The position numbers and the translations under genes are program-made. Positions 8,951 through 17,083 of a DNA stretch of 24,985 nucleotides are shown here, piece by piece. The DNA is taken from positions 1-24,985 of IMG/VR virus record IMGVR_UViG_3300008255_000449, one strand, 5' to 3'. The stretch comes from a virus (lineage: Duplodnaviria; Caudoviricetes). The notes under the pieces are model-generated. The model was not told where the DNA came from. It did not search any database and saw only the letters and a list, made by a program, of their open reading frames with translations. The first letter of the stretch is position 1, and each line of letters begins with the position of its first letter.

Positions 8951-9216
8951 AGCTGCTTAAAATTTATGCCCAGCTCTCGCAACACCTCCCTGATCCCTTC
9001 CTGCCCCAAAGACCTGCTGAGGTATTTTTGCAAAAATGGCTCGATACCGCCAGGCTCCAACTCGTACCAGCCCCGTTGCGCGAGTGGGTTTCTGTGTCCG
9101 GGAAGCTCCCCCGATTCCGCCATATCCCGTATACTGGCCTGCTTGATGGATCTGATTCGCTTCTTCAGCACCCGAAACAAATCGCCGGTGGTGATGGTAT
9201 TAACCGCCATACGCAT
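8935..9216 (-). CDS. Small putative winged-HTH protein at the end of the early operon (candidate late regulator)
   Basis: 93 aa; ITTGDL...SIRDMAESGELPGHRNP...GWY resembles Xis/MerR-like wHTH; GGGAG RBS. Confidence 0.5.
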   Translation of the reverse strand: MRMAVNTITTGDLFRVLKKRIRSIKQASIRDMAESGELPGHRNPLAQRGWYELEPGGIEPFLQKYLSRSLGQEGIREVLRELGINFKQLCLVC

Positions 9217-9223
9217 CTCCCTT

Positions 9224-9442
9224 TTACTTCCTGCCCTGTTCTAATTGTAGCACGCAAAGCGGGCAAGTGTCCCGGTCTCCGTACCGACTATAGAGCCAGC
9301 CGGTACACTGCTCGCTGGACCGCGCCATACACTGCCGCAGACCGGGGCTGATTTTTTCATCGATTGCCTTTCGGCCGAGTGTATTGTACGTATATTGGTA
9401 TTGTTCTTTGCTCTTACTCACAGTTATCTCTCTTCCACCCAC
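9224..9442 (-). CDS. Hypothetical protein with Cys motifs (C-x6-C, CPLC)
   Basis: 72 aa; in operon orientation. Confidence 0.5.
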   Translation of the reverse strand: MGGREITVSKSKEQYQYTYNTLGRKAIDEKISPGLRQCMARSSEQCTGWLYSRYGDRDTCPLCVLQLEQGRK

Positions 9443-9657
9443 TCACATTTACAAAATCGGTTTGAGCGCCAAGTGGCGACGGCGGCATGGTAGTCCGGCA
9501 AAGAGTGGTGATGAAAGATGACCATGCCGTCGTCTCGGTACATTACCTCATCAAAAAACCGGGGCGGATAGTACCCCGTATTAAGCTTGAATCGTTCTTT
9601 GCACTCATCGCATATCCTGCAATATTTAAGCGGCGCAATTCTCATTTTGCTCCTCAC
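9424..9657 (-). CDS. Hypothetical Cys-rich protein
   Basis: 77 aa, CRICDEC; coupled to neighbours; start may be ATG at 9645 after GAGGAG. Confidence 0.55.
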   Translation of the reverse strand: MRSKMRIAPLKYCRICDECKERFKLNTGYYPPRFFDEVMYRDDGMVIFHHHSLPDYHAAVATWRSNRFCKCEWVEER

Positions 9658-9887
9658 TCCACATAATCGTCATAGATCATGATTTCTGCGATAGGTTGGT
9701 ATTTGTCTTGGCGGTAAATAATCAGGTTTGATTTATGTGCATCAGCGAAGCTGAGAAGCTCCTCCAGGGTGTTGATGTTTACGTAGGTTGTTTTGCCCGA
9801 GGCATCTTGTCTGTACTTGAAGCCCTCAATTATGACAGGTTTCTGGTCTTCAAGTCTGCTGGCCTGCGTTAACACAAATTCAGTCAT
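9654..9887 (-). CDS. Hypothetical protein
   Basis: 77 aa; AAGGAG RBS; INTLEELLSF...IMIYDDYVE phage-type motif. Confidence 0.65.
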   Translation of the reverse strand: MTEFVLTQASRLEDQKPVIIEGFKYRQDASGKTTYVNINTLEELLSFADAHKSNLIIYRQDKYQPIAEIMIYDDYVE

Positions 9888-10044
9888 TTTTCTTCTCCTT
9901 GGTTTCTAACTCTATAATCAATTTGACAAAGTTTTGGAGCCGCCGCACGGATCGCTGAGCGTACCTTGGATGGAAGACTTCCGCAAAAATAAGCGGGTCA
10001 TGTGGATTTGGTACGCCGAACATGGTTTTAAAAAATTTAATCAT
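9880..10044 (-). CDS. Small hypothetical protein, 54 aa
   Basis: Manual translation MIKFFKTMFGVPNPHDPLIFAEVFHPRYAQRSVRRLQNFVKLIIELETKEKKND*; fills the gap and overlaps both neighbours; GGAG RBS supplied by the 12-bp repeat. Confidence 0.55.
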   Translation of the reverse strand: MIKFFKTMFGVPNPHDPLIFAEVFHPRYAQRSVRRLQNFVKLIIELETKEKKND

Positions 10045-10474
10045 CGGTCTTATTCTCCGTCTTATTCTCCGTCTTATTCTCCGTCTTATTCTCCGTCTTA
10101 TTAATTGGCCCTAATGGTTTTCCGCTTAGAAATTTTTCCTTCCTGCAATGCAGGCATTCCATACCACCATCTTGATCTATAGCGATCCAGCTTCCGCCTT
10201 TGATTTCAATAACGCCTGGTGTGTACTTCACCTGGGCTGCTGGGCCTTCCGGCAAAGATATCAAACCACCACACAATCCTGTTACAATCGCTTCGACTTT
10301 CGAATTTACGTGGAGCTTGCTAAAAATATTAGCCAGATGGGTTTTAGTGGTGAGCGGGGAAACACCATGGGCGGCAGCGATTTTACTTATATCGCCACCA
10401 TGATCTACCAAGCCCTGAAGGGTTTCTGTCTCTCTCTCCGTGAGTTCGACTCTCCGTGTTATTCGTGTTGACAT
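10037..10474 (-). CDS. LuxR/GerE-type HTH protein with C-terminal CxxC and NKTE repeats
   Basis: LTERETETLQGL...IAAAHGVSPLTTKTHLANIFSKLHVNSKVEAI is a LuxR HTH signature; GAGGAG RBS. Confidence 0.8.
   Translation of the reverse strand: MSTRITRRVELTERETETLQGLVDHGGDISKIAAAHGVSPLTTKTHLANIFSKLHVNSKVEAIVTGLCGGLISLPEGPAAQVKYTPGVIEIKGGSWIAIDQDGGMECLHCRKEKFLSGKPLGPINKTENKTENKTENKTENKTDD
10047..10102. repeat. 12-bp tandem repeat (GTCTTATTCTCC) x4 plus 8 bp
   Basis: Perfect copies, directly visible. Confidence 0.95.
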
Positions 10475-10486
10475 GATTACTCCTCT

Positions 10487-10768
10487 CTATTTATTAAGTT
10501 CTTTGGGAAATTCGCCGAATGACGCGATGCTAAGCACGGCATACCCCGGCTCGATTCCGTATTGGCCGCCAGGTAGGACGTGCGTGATGGCGAAAGTGGC
10601 AATATCTGGTATGCCCACTCTGTTTCCGTTTTCGTCAACCGGGTACATGACCACGCTATGTCCTTCCCGGAAATCACGGTCCGCAATGCTTCGAATCTCT
10701 GCTGTCTTCTCCCCGGCCAACAGTGCCGGCCAGAACTTCTCATTAACTTTTAATATGTGTTTTCTCAT
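10487..10768 (-). CDS. DUF3850/ASCH (PUA-like) domain protein
   Basis: HILKVNEKFWPALLAGEKTAEIR...DRDFREG...ITHVL...GYAVLSI. Confidence 0.8.
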   Translation of the reverse strand: MRKHILKVNEKFWPALLAGEKTAEIRSIADRDFREGHSVVMYPVDENGNRVGIPDIATFAITHVLPGGQYGIEPGYAVLSIASFGEFPKELNK

Positions 10769-11011
10769 TTACTCGTCTCCTTGGTTGAGTTCGTCGGCCT
10801 TGAACCTGAGAGTGATTCTATCCAGCCCGGTTGCTTTGGCTGCCTGCCCCTCGGACAGAACGCCCTCGTTGTGTAACTTGACAATGTAATCCTCCATTTT
10901 TTGGGCGCGTCGGCAATCATTGCAGCGTGAATAGCTACCGCTGTGGCCTGCTGGCCCGTATTTCTCGCGACGGGTTTGCCATGCTTTTGCGCGTACCTTA
11001 CTCAGCATCAC
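10769..11011 (-). CDS. Hypothetical protein with C-terminal HTH-like segment
   Basis: 80 aa; LSEGQAAKATGLDRITLR; GGAGG RBS. Confidence 0.6.
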   Translation of the reverse strand: MMLSKVRAKAWQTRREKYGPAGHSGSYSRCNDCRRAQKMEDYIVKLHNEGVLSEGQAAKATGLDRITLRFKADELNQGDE

Positions 11012-11045
11012 TCAGCCACCTCCGCTGTTAGGTTGTATTCATTCG

Positions 11046-11975
11046 TCATCGTTCTTCCTCCAGAATATCAACAAAATAAATTTCCTCGCCGGACGGTCCG
11101 ACAAAATGCTTGTCCCGCACACCTTCCGGCAAATACTCCGGCACACGAAGATCGCTCCCCGCGTACTCTCGCCCGCTCTGCTTATCGCGCACCCGTCGGG
11201 CTGCAAGTACGCGCTCGTGATAGGGTTTAACCTCGACCGGGGCCTTGGTTTTGGTAACGCCGGGCCGGTACTGTTCCAGCCTGGCTTCGAAAACTTTTTT
11301 ATAATAATTGGCGCTCCCGGCGGCTTTCGCGGAACAATCAAAACACACGTCGCGCCAGACAGCCATAACATCGGCATCCCGGCAATCTTTCCGGCGTTGT
11401 AAAAACTTCTCCGCCGTCAGGGAAACGTAACCCCGCACCCAGCCTATATTTTGCATGTTAGGGTTGGCGCTTTTCAGCATGGCGTCCTCCGCCTGGTCGG
11501 CAAACTCGTCGGGCATATTTTTTTTTGGAAAATCACGCTCGCCGGAAAGATCTCTCTCGTGAGAGAGAGATCTTTCTTCTGTTATCTGATCTCTGTTATC
11601 TGATCTCTGTAGCGTGACTTGCGATGGTGTAACTCCGGAGTTTTTATTTTTCTTTTTCGTCCATTCATCCCGGTAATCAAGCATCTTAGGAATTTCTATT
11701 ACGAACGATTTTTTTAATTCCGTAAAACGAATTTTCCCAAAAGTTTCACAGAAGTGAAAAAACTTTTTCATTTTCGTTTCATTTACATGCAACTTTCGGG
11801 TAAAAATTCGCTTCGGAATTTCTATTTCTTTGCCGCAATTTTCCTCCGTGCATGCGGCGGCGTAAATTTCCAGAAGGCCGCACCACATGCCGTACCCTGT
11901 GATCCTGAACTCCTCGATCAGGCTGACGATAAAGAAATCATCCAGCATATTCGCCATGTGCTTATACCACCTCAT
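11046..11975 (-). CDS. Phage replication initiator (DUF4373/replisome-organiser-like N-terminus)
   Basis: MRWYKHMANMLDD...GYGMWCGLLEIYA N-terminus; low-complexity linker carrying DNA repeats; GGAGG RBS and ATGA overlap. Confidence 0.7.
   Translation of the reverse strand: MRWYKHMANMLDDFFIVSLIEEFRITGYGMWCGLLEIYAAACTEENCGKEIEIPKRIFTRKLHVNETKMKKFFHFCETFGKIRFTELKKSFVIEIPKMLDYRDEWTKKKNKNSGVTPSQVTLQRSDNRDQITEERSLSHERDLSGERDFPKKNMPDEFADQAEDAMLKSANPNMQNIGWVRGYVSLTAEKFLQRRKDCRDADVMAVWRDVCFDCSAKAAGSANYYKKVFEARLEQYRPGVTKTKAPVEVKPYHERVLAARRVRDKQSGREYAGSDLRVPEYLPEGVRDKHFVGPSGEEIYFVDILEEER
11545..11610. other. Putative replication origin inside the initiator gene
   Basis: 14-bp inverted repeat GAAAGATCTCTCTC-gtga-GAGAGAGATCTTTC (11545-11576) next to direct repeats TCTGTTATCTGATC x2 + TCTGT (11578-11610); T-rich tracts on both sides. 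Confidence 0.6.
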
Positions 11976-12235
11976 TTCCCGCCCTCCAGTTCCACTCTAT
12001 GCTCCGCCAGCGCCTCCATCACCGAATCATACATAAGCAGGGCCTGGTCTCTCCCTTTTGTTTCAGAAACCCGCGTTATGAAAGTAATCAGGCAACACAT
12101 CAGAGCGGCGATAACATTCTGATAATGAGTCTTGTGCTGGTGGATATAATGCCCCACATGGGGCCATATGTGCTGCGCCAGCTTGAATGCCTCCCGCTCA
12201 TCCTTATGCGCCAGGAAATCGACCGTTTTTGCCAT
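11972..12235 (-). CDS. Hypothetical protein, 87 aa (start reassigned to MAKTVDF)
   Basis: TAATG coupling with the upstream gene; GGAGG RBS. Confidence 0.65.
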   Translation of the reverse strand: MAKTVDFLAHKDEREAFKLAQHIWPHVGHYIHQHKTHYQNVIAALMCCLITFITRVSETKGRDQALLMYDSVMEALAEHRVELEGGK

Positions 12236-12465
12236 TACGCGCCTCCCTGGCCGCGGCGCAACCGGGCGAGATTCTGCTTTACCCAGCGCCGCTTCCTGGC
12301 GGTTTCCTGTTTTACCGCCATGGCCACCCCGCCCAGAAGTACCCATACCAGGAAGATCCATTTAGTTATCGCCCACCAGATGATCGAGACATAATCGGCG
12401 ATTTCATCCGGGCTCGGATATGACCGGAATACTTCCGGCAGAAATTCCATAACTTCATTTTCCAT
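12235..12465 (-). CDS. Small membrane protein, 76 aa (start reassigned to MENEVMEF)
   Basis: AAGGAGG RBS; hydrophobic stretch IIWWAITKWIFLVWVLLGGVAMAV followed by a basic tail. Confidence 0.65.
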   Translation of the reverse strand: MENEVMEFLPEVFRSYPSPDEIADYVSIIWWAITKWIFLVWVLLGGVAMAVKQETARKRRWVKQNLARLRRGQGGA

Positions 12466-12757
12466 TCTTCTGACCTCCTTTTTTACATTCATCACAGTAC
12501 TCTGCGCGAGGGCCGCCAGGTTGGTATTCCTTGCCGCACTTAACGCATGGCTTAGGTTTATAGCCATAACTAGCTCCGCCCACATTGTTTTTATTCATCT
12601 CTAGCAGCGAGTTATATGCTTCTTTCAACGGCACCAGCGCATTATTTATCAGCTCAATTTCTGCCTGCCTTTTTTTTAGAGCCACCTCAGCCCGCTGGCG
12701 TCTGGTGTACAGCACCTGCATTTGATTTTTAATGACAACGATTAGCGATGGTGACAT
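12455..12757 (-). CDS. Coiled-coil protein with C-terminal Zn finger (CVKC...CDEC)
   Basis: 100 aa; AAGGAG RBS. Confidence 0.7.
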   Translation of the reverse strand: MSPSLIVVIKNQMQVLYTRRQRAEVALKKRQAEIELINNALVPLKEAYNSLLEMNKNNVGGASYGYKPKPCVKCGKEYQPGGPRAEYCDECKKGGQKNGK

Positions 12758-12922
12758 TTAATTTCTCCTTCCCCCAGAATTGTGAACGCCCCTAAAAAAT
12801 CCCATACTGAAACGGGTGAAAAAAGGGTAATTCAATCTTCCCAAAACCTTCCCGGGGAGGATGCCCGCGTGATACATCCAGTTTTGTACTGGCATTTCTT
12901 TTTTTATTTTCTTCTTGTCCAT
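12758..12922 (-). CDS. Small basic hypothetical protein, 54 aa
   Basis: Manual translation MDKKKIKKEMPVQNWMYHAGILPGKVLGRLNYPFFTRFSMGFFRGVHNSGGRRN*; AAGGAG RBS; stop abuts the next ATG. Confidence 0.5.
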   Translation of the reverse strand: MDKKKIKKEMPVQNWMYHAGILPGKVLGRLNYPFFTRFSMGFFRGVHNSGGRRN

Positions 12923-13191
12923 CTCTTAGGTTCTCCTTCTGTCTTGTTAATTTTTTTTGATAGCAGTCCCAATACCGCGATCGGCATAAAGCAACTCTGA
13001 TGCTGCTCAACCCCGCCCATCCAGTGCATGCCGTAAACGCGCTTAATGGCGCAGTTTTTACAGTCTCGCTCCGTTTCATAACACTCCCGGGCTGTGGTAT
13101 TCCAGTGGTATGCGGTGTGGCTTCTATTGGCCACAAAGTTCTCGCCGAGTTTCTTGTGCAATAATGCCCAGCGTTCGTCCAGAGTCGTCAT
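12904..13191 (-). CDS. Hypothetical Cys-containing protein
   Basis: 95 aa; HWNTTARECY...CKNC...CFMPIAVLGLL; ATGA overlap with ruvC; GGAGG RBS. Confidence 0.7.
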   Translation of the reverse strand: MTTLDERWALLHKKLGENFVANRSHTAYHWNTTARECYETERDCKNCAIKRVYGMHWMGGVEQHQSCFMPIAVLGLLSKKINKTEGEPKRWTRRK

Positions 13192-13709
13192 GCCTTCCCT
13201 CCCCGGGCTTCAATAATAGATTTTCTGAATGTTGGATTTCCCCAGGCCAGTCCCTGGGCGAGCGCGTCGGCATGGTTGTCGTCGATAATTTCCCGATAGT
13301 CGACCCCCATCGCTTGGGCCACACACCGCCATACGTCACTCTTGCCCGCCCGGCCGTTCCCGGTCGCCGCAAGTTTAACCGTCGAGGGCGCGACCTCATA
13401 ATAAGGAATTCCTGCTCGGGCGGCCGCCATCTTACAGATTAGCGTTGCGCCAGCCATGGCCTCGACTGTACGAGGACCATTTTGCAGCCGGCCATTTTTG
13501 CCATGCAGGACCAGGAGGATTTTTTCAAAAGTCATCTCTTCCGGTCCGTAAGCATCCATGAGCCCCAGCAGATCATGAAACATTTCCATGAGTCTGGCCG
13601 CCGCCGTACTGCCCATGGGTTTCAGTCGGCCGTGGTGAATCGGAATACTGTCGTCCATAATGCAGAAGCCGCAGCATCTGGAAGATTGATCGATATGAAT
13701 CGTTCTCAT
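13188..13709 (-). CDS. ruvC: RuvC-like Holliday junction resolvase, 173 aa (start reassigned to MRTIHID)
   Basis: IHIDQS (Asp), MTFEK (Glu), EVAPSTVKLAATGNGRAGKSDV and DDNHADALA motifs. Confidence 0.88.
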   Translation of the reverse strand: MRTIHIDQSSRCCGFCIMDDSIPIHHGRLKPMGSTAAARLMEMFHDLLGLMDAYGPEEMTFEKILLVLHGKNGRLQNGPRTVEAMAGATLICKMAAARAGIPYYEVAPSTVKLAATGNGRAGKSDVWRCVAQAMGVDYREIIDDNHADALAQGLAWGNPTFRKSIIEARGGKA

Positions 13710-13734
13710 GTCTCTATCCTTCCGGAGGGGAGGC

Positions 13735-14064
13735 TTAAGCCTCCTCCCCCTTTTTACCCTTGCCTTTTTTGGCGCGAAGCTCCTCGACGTTCTTGACGTT
13801 CGATTTATCCATGACGGATTTGTTATTGCCGCCATTCGGCGAGAAAGTGCGCTGCCCGGCAATCAGACCCGATTCCAGATCCTCAAGATCTTTGACCTCC
13901 TTGCTCAAAGCGCGGCGGTGGGTCCGAATTGCGACCTTGCGGGTATATACCTCCGCGAGCTTTTCCAGCCGCTCCCCTTCGGTCAGGTTGTCGACCTGAA
14001 GCTCCAGAAGCGCCTGTGTCTCTTCGGATGTGGTTGTCTCTCTTGTGGGTGTCTCTACTACCAT
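13735..14064 (-). CDS. Hypothetical coiled-coil protein with basic tail
   Basis: 109 aa; AGGAG RBS; hairpin GGAGGC-ttaa-GCCTCC over its stop codon. Confidence 0.65.
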   Translation of the reverse strand: MVVETPTRETTTSEETQALLELQVDNLTEGERLEKLAEVYTRKVAIRTHRRALSKEVKDLEDLESGLIAGQRTFSPNGGNNKSVMDKSNVKNVEELRAKKGKGKKGEEA

Positions 14065-14166
14065 TGGCGTGTCTCCTATTATCTACTTAACACGCCTAAC
14101 CATTCTGTCTTTCTTTCCTTCAGGTTTGGTTCGAGTCGGCGCGACCCGCCGACTGGCCCAAACCTG

Positions 14167-14367
14167 CTATGTCTTACGCGGGGCAATTATCTGCCCCGTT
14201 GTGAGATTTTGAATACTGAAGTTGATTATGTTCCGCATGGCCATTGCCTCGTCATGGGTCATGTCTTTGATCCATATCCGCATGTCGTTATCCCACCAGA
14301 ACCCGGCGCTTTTTGCGTGGTGGCGGGACTCAACATTAACGATGGCCATATAGCGGAATCTTTGCAT
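14167..14367 (-). CDS. Small protein, DUF5710-like
   Basis: HHAKSAGFWWDNDMRIWI resembles the AKxxGxxWDxxxKxW motif; GGAGG RBS. Confidence 0.55.
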   Translation of the reverse strand: MQRFRYMAIVNVESRHHAKSAGFWWDNDMRIWIKDMTHDEAMAMRNIINFSIQNLTTGQIIAPRKT

Positions 14368-14525
14368 TAACTCGCCACCTCCCTGATAAAGCCGGCCATG
14401 ATATTCATGCGCTCTTCCAGCAGATATCGGTTATGGTCTGTCATGATTACCCGGCCCCGGTGGTCTATAACCTCCCAGATATAGTGATCTGGATTGCCGG
14501 TAGGTTGTCTTTTTCTAATGTACAT
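14367..14525 (-). CDS. Small hypothetical protein, 52 aa
   Basis: Manual translation MYIRKRQPTGNPDHYIWEVIDHRGRVIMTDHNRYLLEERMNIMAGFIREVAS*; starts 3 nt after the sbcC stop; TAATG coupling downstream. Confidence 0.6.
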   Translation of the reverse strand: MYIRKRQPTGNPDHYIWEVIDHRGRVIMTDHNRYLLEERMNIMAGFIREVAS

Positions 14526-14528
14526 GGT

Positions 14529-16829
14529 CTACCCTTCCTTTACTTTCACCTGGCCATTTTCTATATGCAGCACCGCGTCGGCCATTTGCTGCGCTGCGCC
14601 CTTATGGGAAACGTAAAACACCTGCTCGAAGCCGCCGATTTCGACCGCCTTCCTGAGCATTCGAATATACAGCTCGGTGTTGGATTCTGACAGCGGCGCG
14701 GAGCATTCGTCCCGCACCAGCGTTCTGGTATCGACACCGGAATGTCGCCGCTGGAAGATTGAGAGCCCGAGGGAGATCACTTCTTTTATCAGCGCCTGCT
14801 CTCCGCCACTCTTGTTTTCAACCGCCGTCTCCTCTCCGGTCTCGTTGTCAATAATGCTGAATTGGAGGCACTCGCGCAGCTCATCTTTTGTCGTCAGCTC
14901 GCGCTGGGTTTTGATCGTTATGGTAAACCTGCTACCGTAACATTCGCGCAGCAAGGCGTTTACCAGTTCTGATATTTCCGGCCCCGCCGCATCGATTTTG
15001 AGAGCCTTTGCGCCGGTCGGTCCGAGCCCTTCTCGCAGGATCTGCAGGAAGGAGAACCTGTTTCTTGTCCGCTCCAAATCGGCGAGGATTTCTTCCAGTT
15101 GATTCTTTTGCTCTTTGATCCCCTGCAGCTTCTGATCAGCTTTCGCGGCATTGGCGAGCGCCGCCTCGCCGCCCACCCGGATAGCCTCGATACTGACCTC
15201 CGCCTCCTGGACCTGGCGCGTCAGGGCGCTAATCGTATTTGTTATGTCGGCCGCTTGATCGAGTTTCTTTTGAGCTTCGGTCTTCCGGCTGGCATTCTCA
15301 AGAACACGCGCTGCGGCCTCCGTCACTGCCTGCCGGTAATCGTCGATCCGCTCCTGAATGCCTTCCAGGTAAGGAGCCTGCTTCACTAGCGGCTCCAGAT
15401 CGGCGAGCTGCGTTTTGAAAATTTGTAAACCGTTTTGCCGGTCTACGATCCGCGCCAGCAACTCATCCCCTTTGCCGCTGATTTGCGCCAGGTGTAGCGC
15501 CTCTTCGGCGGCTCGCTCCTGGGTGTCAAGGCCTTGCTTATTGGTTTCGTGGATGGACTTTGTTTCGAGTGCCTTTGCAAGCTCCGGCTCTAATCCCTCT
15601 ATGTCGCGCTCTGCTTGCTCTATCTGGGCTTTGAAATCCCGGGCGTTTGCGAGCAGCTCACATTTCGGCTGCAGATCCGTACCGACGCACGGGACGCGAT
15701 CGATAACATTTACTTGCGGCTGCAGGCGGGTGATCATCTCTGTTGCCCGGGTCTTCTGATTCTGCAGATCCCGGATGCGATTCTCGGTCTCGTGGATGGC
15801 CCGAAGATGCGAGGTCTGAACGTTCTTGATCCGATCGAGTTCATCCGTTGCGGTGCGGATCTTCTCCCGTTGCGCCGCGTCCTCGGCTGTCCGTTTTTCC
15901 TGCAATTGTGTTATCGCGCTTTCCAGCTTGGTGGCCTGCTGCTTTGCCGTTGCGGCCGCATCCAGGGCGAGCTGGATCTTATCCGCATCGGCCCTGAGTT
16001 TCTCGTTATTCTGTATGCGCTCAGTTTTTTCAGCGATGATCGCATTATCGTTTCTGATCGCCGTTTCAGCATCCGCGATCTGCTGGCGCAGGGGTTCGAG
16101 ATTCTGGGCGTTGGCCTGGGCGTTTGCAAGCTCCTGGCGCAGGCAGTTAAGATCCGATTGAACCTGGTCTGTTTTTGCCTTCGCGGACTCGGCCAGGCGT
16201 CGCCAGTGCTGCGCCTCCTCTTCTATCGTTTGAACGTCCTCGCATGATCCGCGCAGGAAAGACGCCTTCGCTTCCAGCGTAGCGATCTCGCGATCCGTCC
16301 GCTGGCAGCCTTCCACCACCAGCTCATAGGGCTGTTGGAATTTTGCCAGCCCTAACACTTCCGACAGCAGGCCGGAACGTTCCCGGTCCGACAAACTTAG
16401 CGGATTGCCTCGCCCGTTCTGGGCGTGATAAACGCTGGCCATAAAAGCTGTCTCGCTTAAGTTCAGGTGGCGGAGAAGCGACGCCTCGAACTCCGCCACC
16501 TTCCCTTCGGTTATGGGTTGGCCGTCTATGAAAAGATAGGGCTTTTGCTTGCGCCCCTCGGCGTCGATGAGTCGGCGGATCTGATATTCGCGCCCCGACA
16601 TCTCGAACGTCAGATCCAGGTAAGCATCCCTGCCCTGGAATGGGGTATACAGACTTCCGGGACGATTCGGCGCGACCCCATAGAGGGCGAGCGGAATGCA
16701 ATCGAGAAGCGTTGTTTTTCCGGCGCCATTTTCGCCAGTTACCGCCACAAGGGCCTTTTCGGGAAACTGAATTTCTTGTTCTTCTGGGAAGGGAATCAGC
16801 CCCTTAGTTTTCAAGCTTATAAAACGCAT
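14529..16829 (-). CDS. sbcC: SbcC/Rad50-like SMC ATPase
   Basis: Walker A GENGAGKTT, Q-loop YHAQ, long coiled coils with a central Cys pair, signature KSGGEQ, Walker B LVRDE, H-switch VSH. Confidence 0.92.
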   Translation of the reverse strand: MRFISLKTKGLIPFPEEQEIQFPEKALVAVTGENGAGKTTLLDCIPLALYGVAPNRPGSLYTPFQGRDAYLDLTFEMSGREYQIRRLIDAEGRKQKPYLFIDGQPITEGKVAEFEASLLRHLNLSETAFMASVYHAQNGRGNPLSLSDRERSGLLSEVLGLAKFQQPYELVVEGCQRTDREIATLEAKASFLRGSCEDVQTIEEEAQHWRRLAESAKAKTDQVQSDLNCLRQELANAQANAQNLEPLRQQIADAETAIRNDNAIIAEKTERIQNNEKLRADADKIQLALDAAATAKQQATKLESAITQLQEKRTAEDAAQREKIRTATDELDRIKNVQTSHLRAIHETENRIRDLQNQKTRATEMITRLQPQVNVIDRVPCVGTDLQPKCELLANARDFKAQIEQAERDIEGLEPELAKALETKSIHETNKQGLDTQERAAEEALHLAQISGKGDELLARIVDRQNGLQIFKTQLADLEPLVKQAPYLEGIQERIDDYRQAVTEAAARVLENASRKTEAQKKLDQAADITNTISALTRQVQEAEVSIEAIRVGGEAALANAAKADQKLQGIKEQKNQLEEILADLERTRNRFSFLQILREGLGPTGAKALKIDAAGPEISELVNALLRECYGSRFTITIKTQRELTTKDELRECLQFSIIDNETGEETAVENKSGGEQALIKEVISLGLSIFQRRHSGVDTRTLVRDECSAPLSESNTELYIRMLRKAVEIGGFEQVFYVSHKGAAQQMADAVLHIENGQVKVKEG

Positions 16830-17083
16830 CAGAATATCCTCGCTTTCTTGAGCGGTTTAGTGACCAGTATTATTTTTGAAAGACTCGAGTTGTGATCGAA
16901 AACCGTCTTCCATGCATAGCGCTCACCTTTTTTGGCTAATAACTGTTTGTCCGCTGGCAGGGTTTTGTTGAATGCCGCCCGAATCTCCTCCGACCGCCGC
17001 CAGCGGTTGCGGAGATTCTTTTTGCTCTGCGGTTTCGGTGGCGGCGCTGGGAAAGCTTCGCCCTTAAATCGAAGTCTCTTCAT
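16829..17083 (-). CDS. Small basic hypothetical protein between sbcD and sbcC
   Basis: 84 aa; ATGA and TGATG couplings on the two sides; AGGAGG RBS. Confidence 0.65.
   Translation of the reverse strand: MKRLRFKGEAFPAPPPKPQSKKNLRNRWRRSEEIRAAFNKTLPADKQLLAKKGERYAWKTVFDHNSSLSKIILVTKPLKKARIF

Noticed and set aside
13188-13709. TnpB/Cas12-like RuvC nuclease
   Set aside because: Only 173 aa with classical resolvase motifs; no Zn finger, REC/WED regions, transposon ends or array
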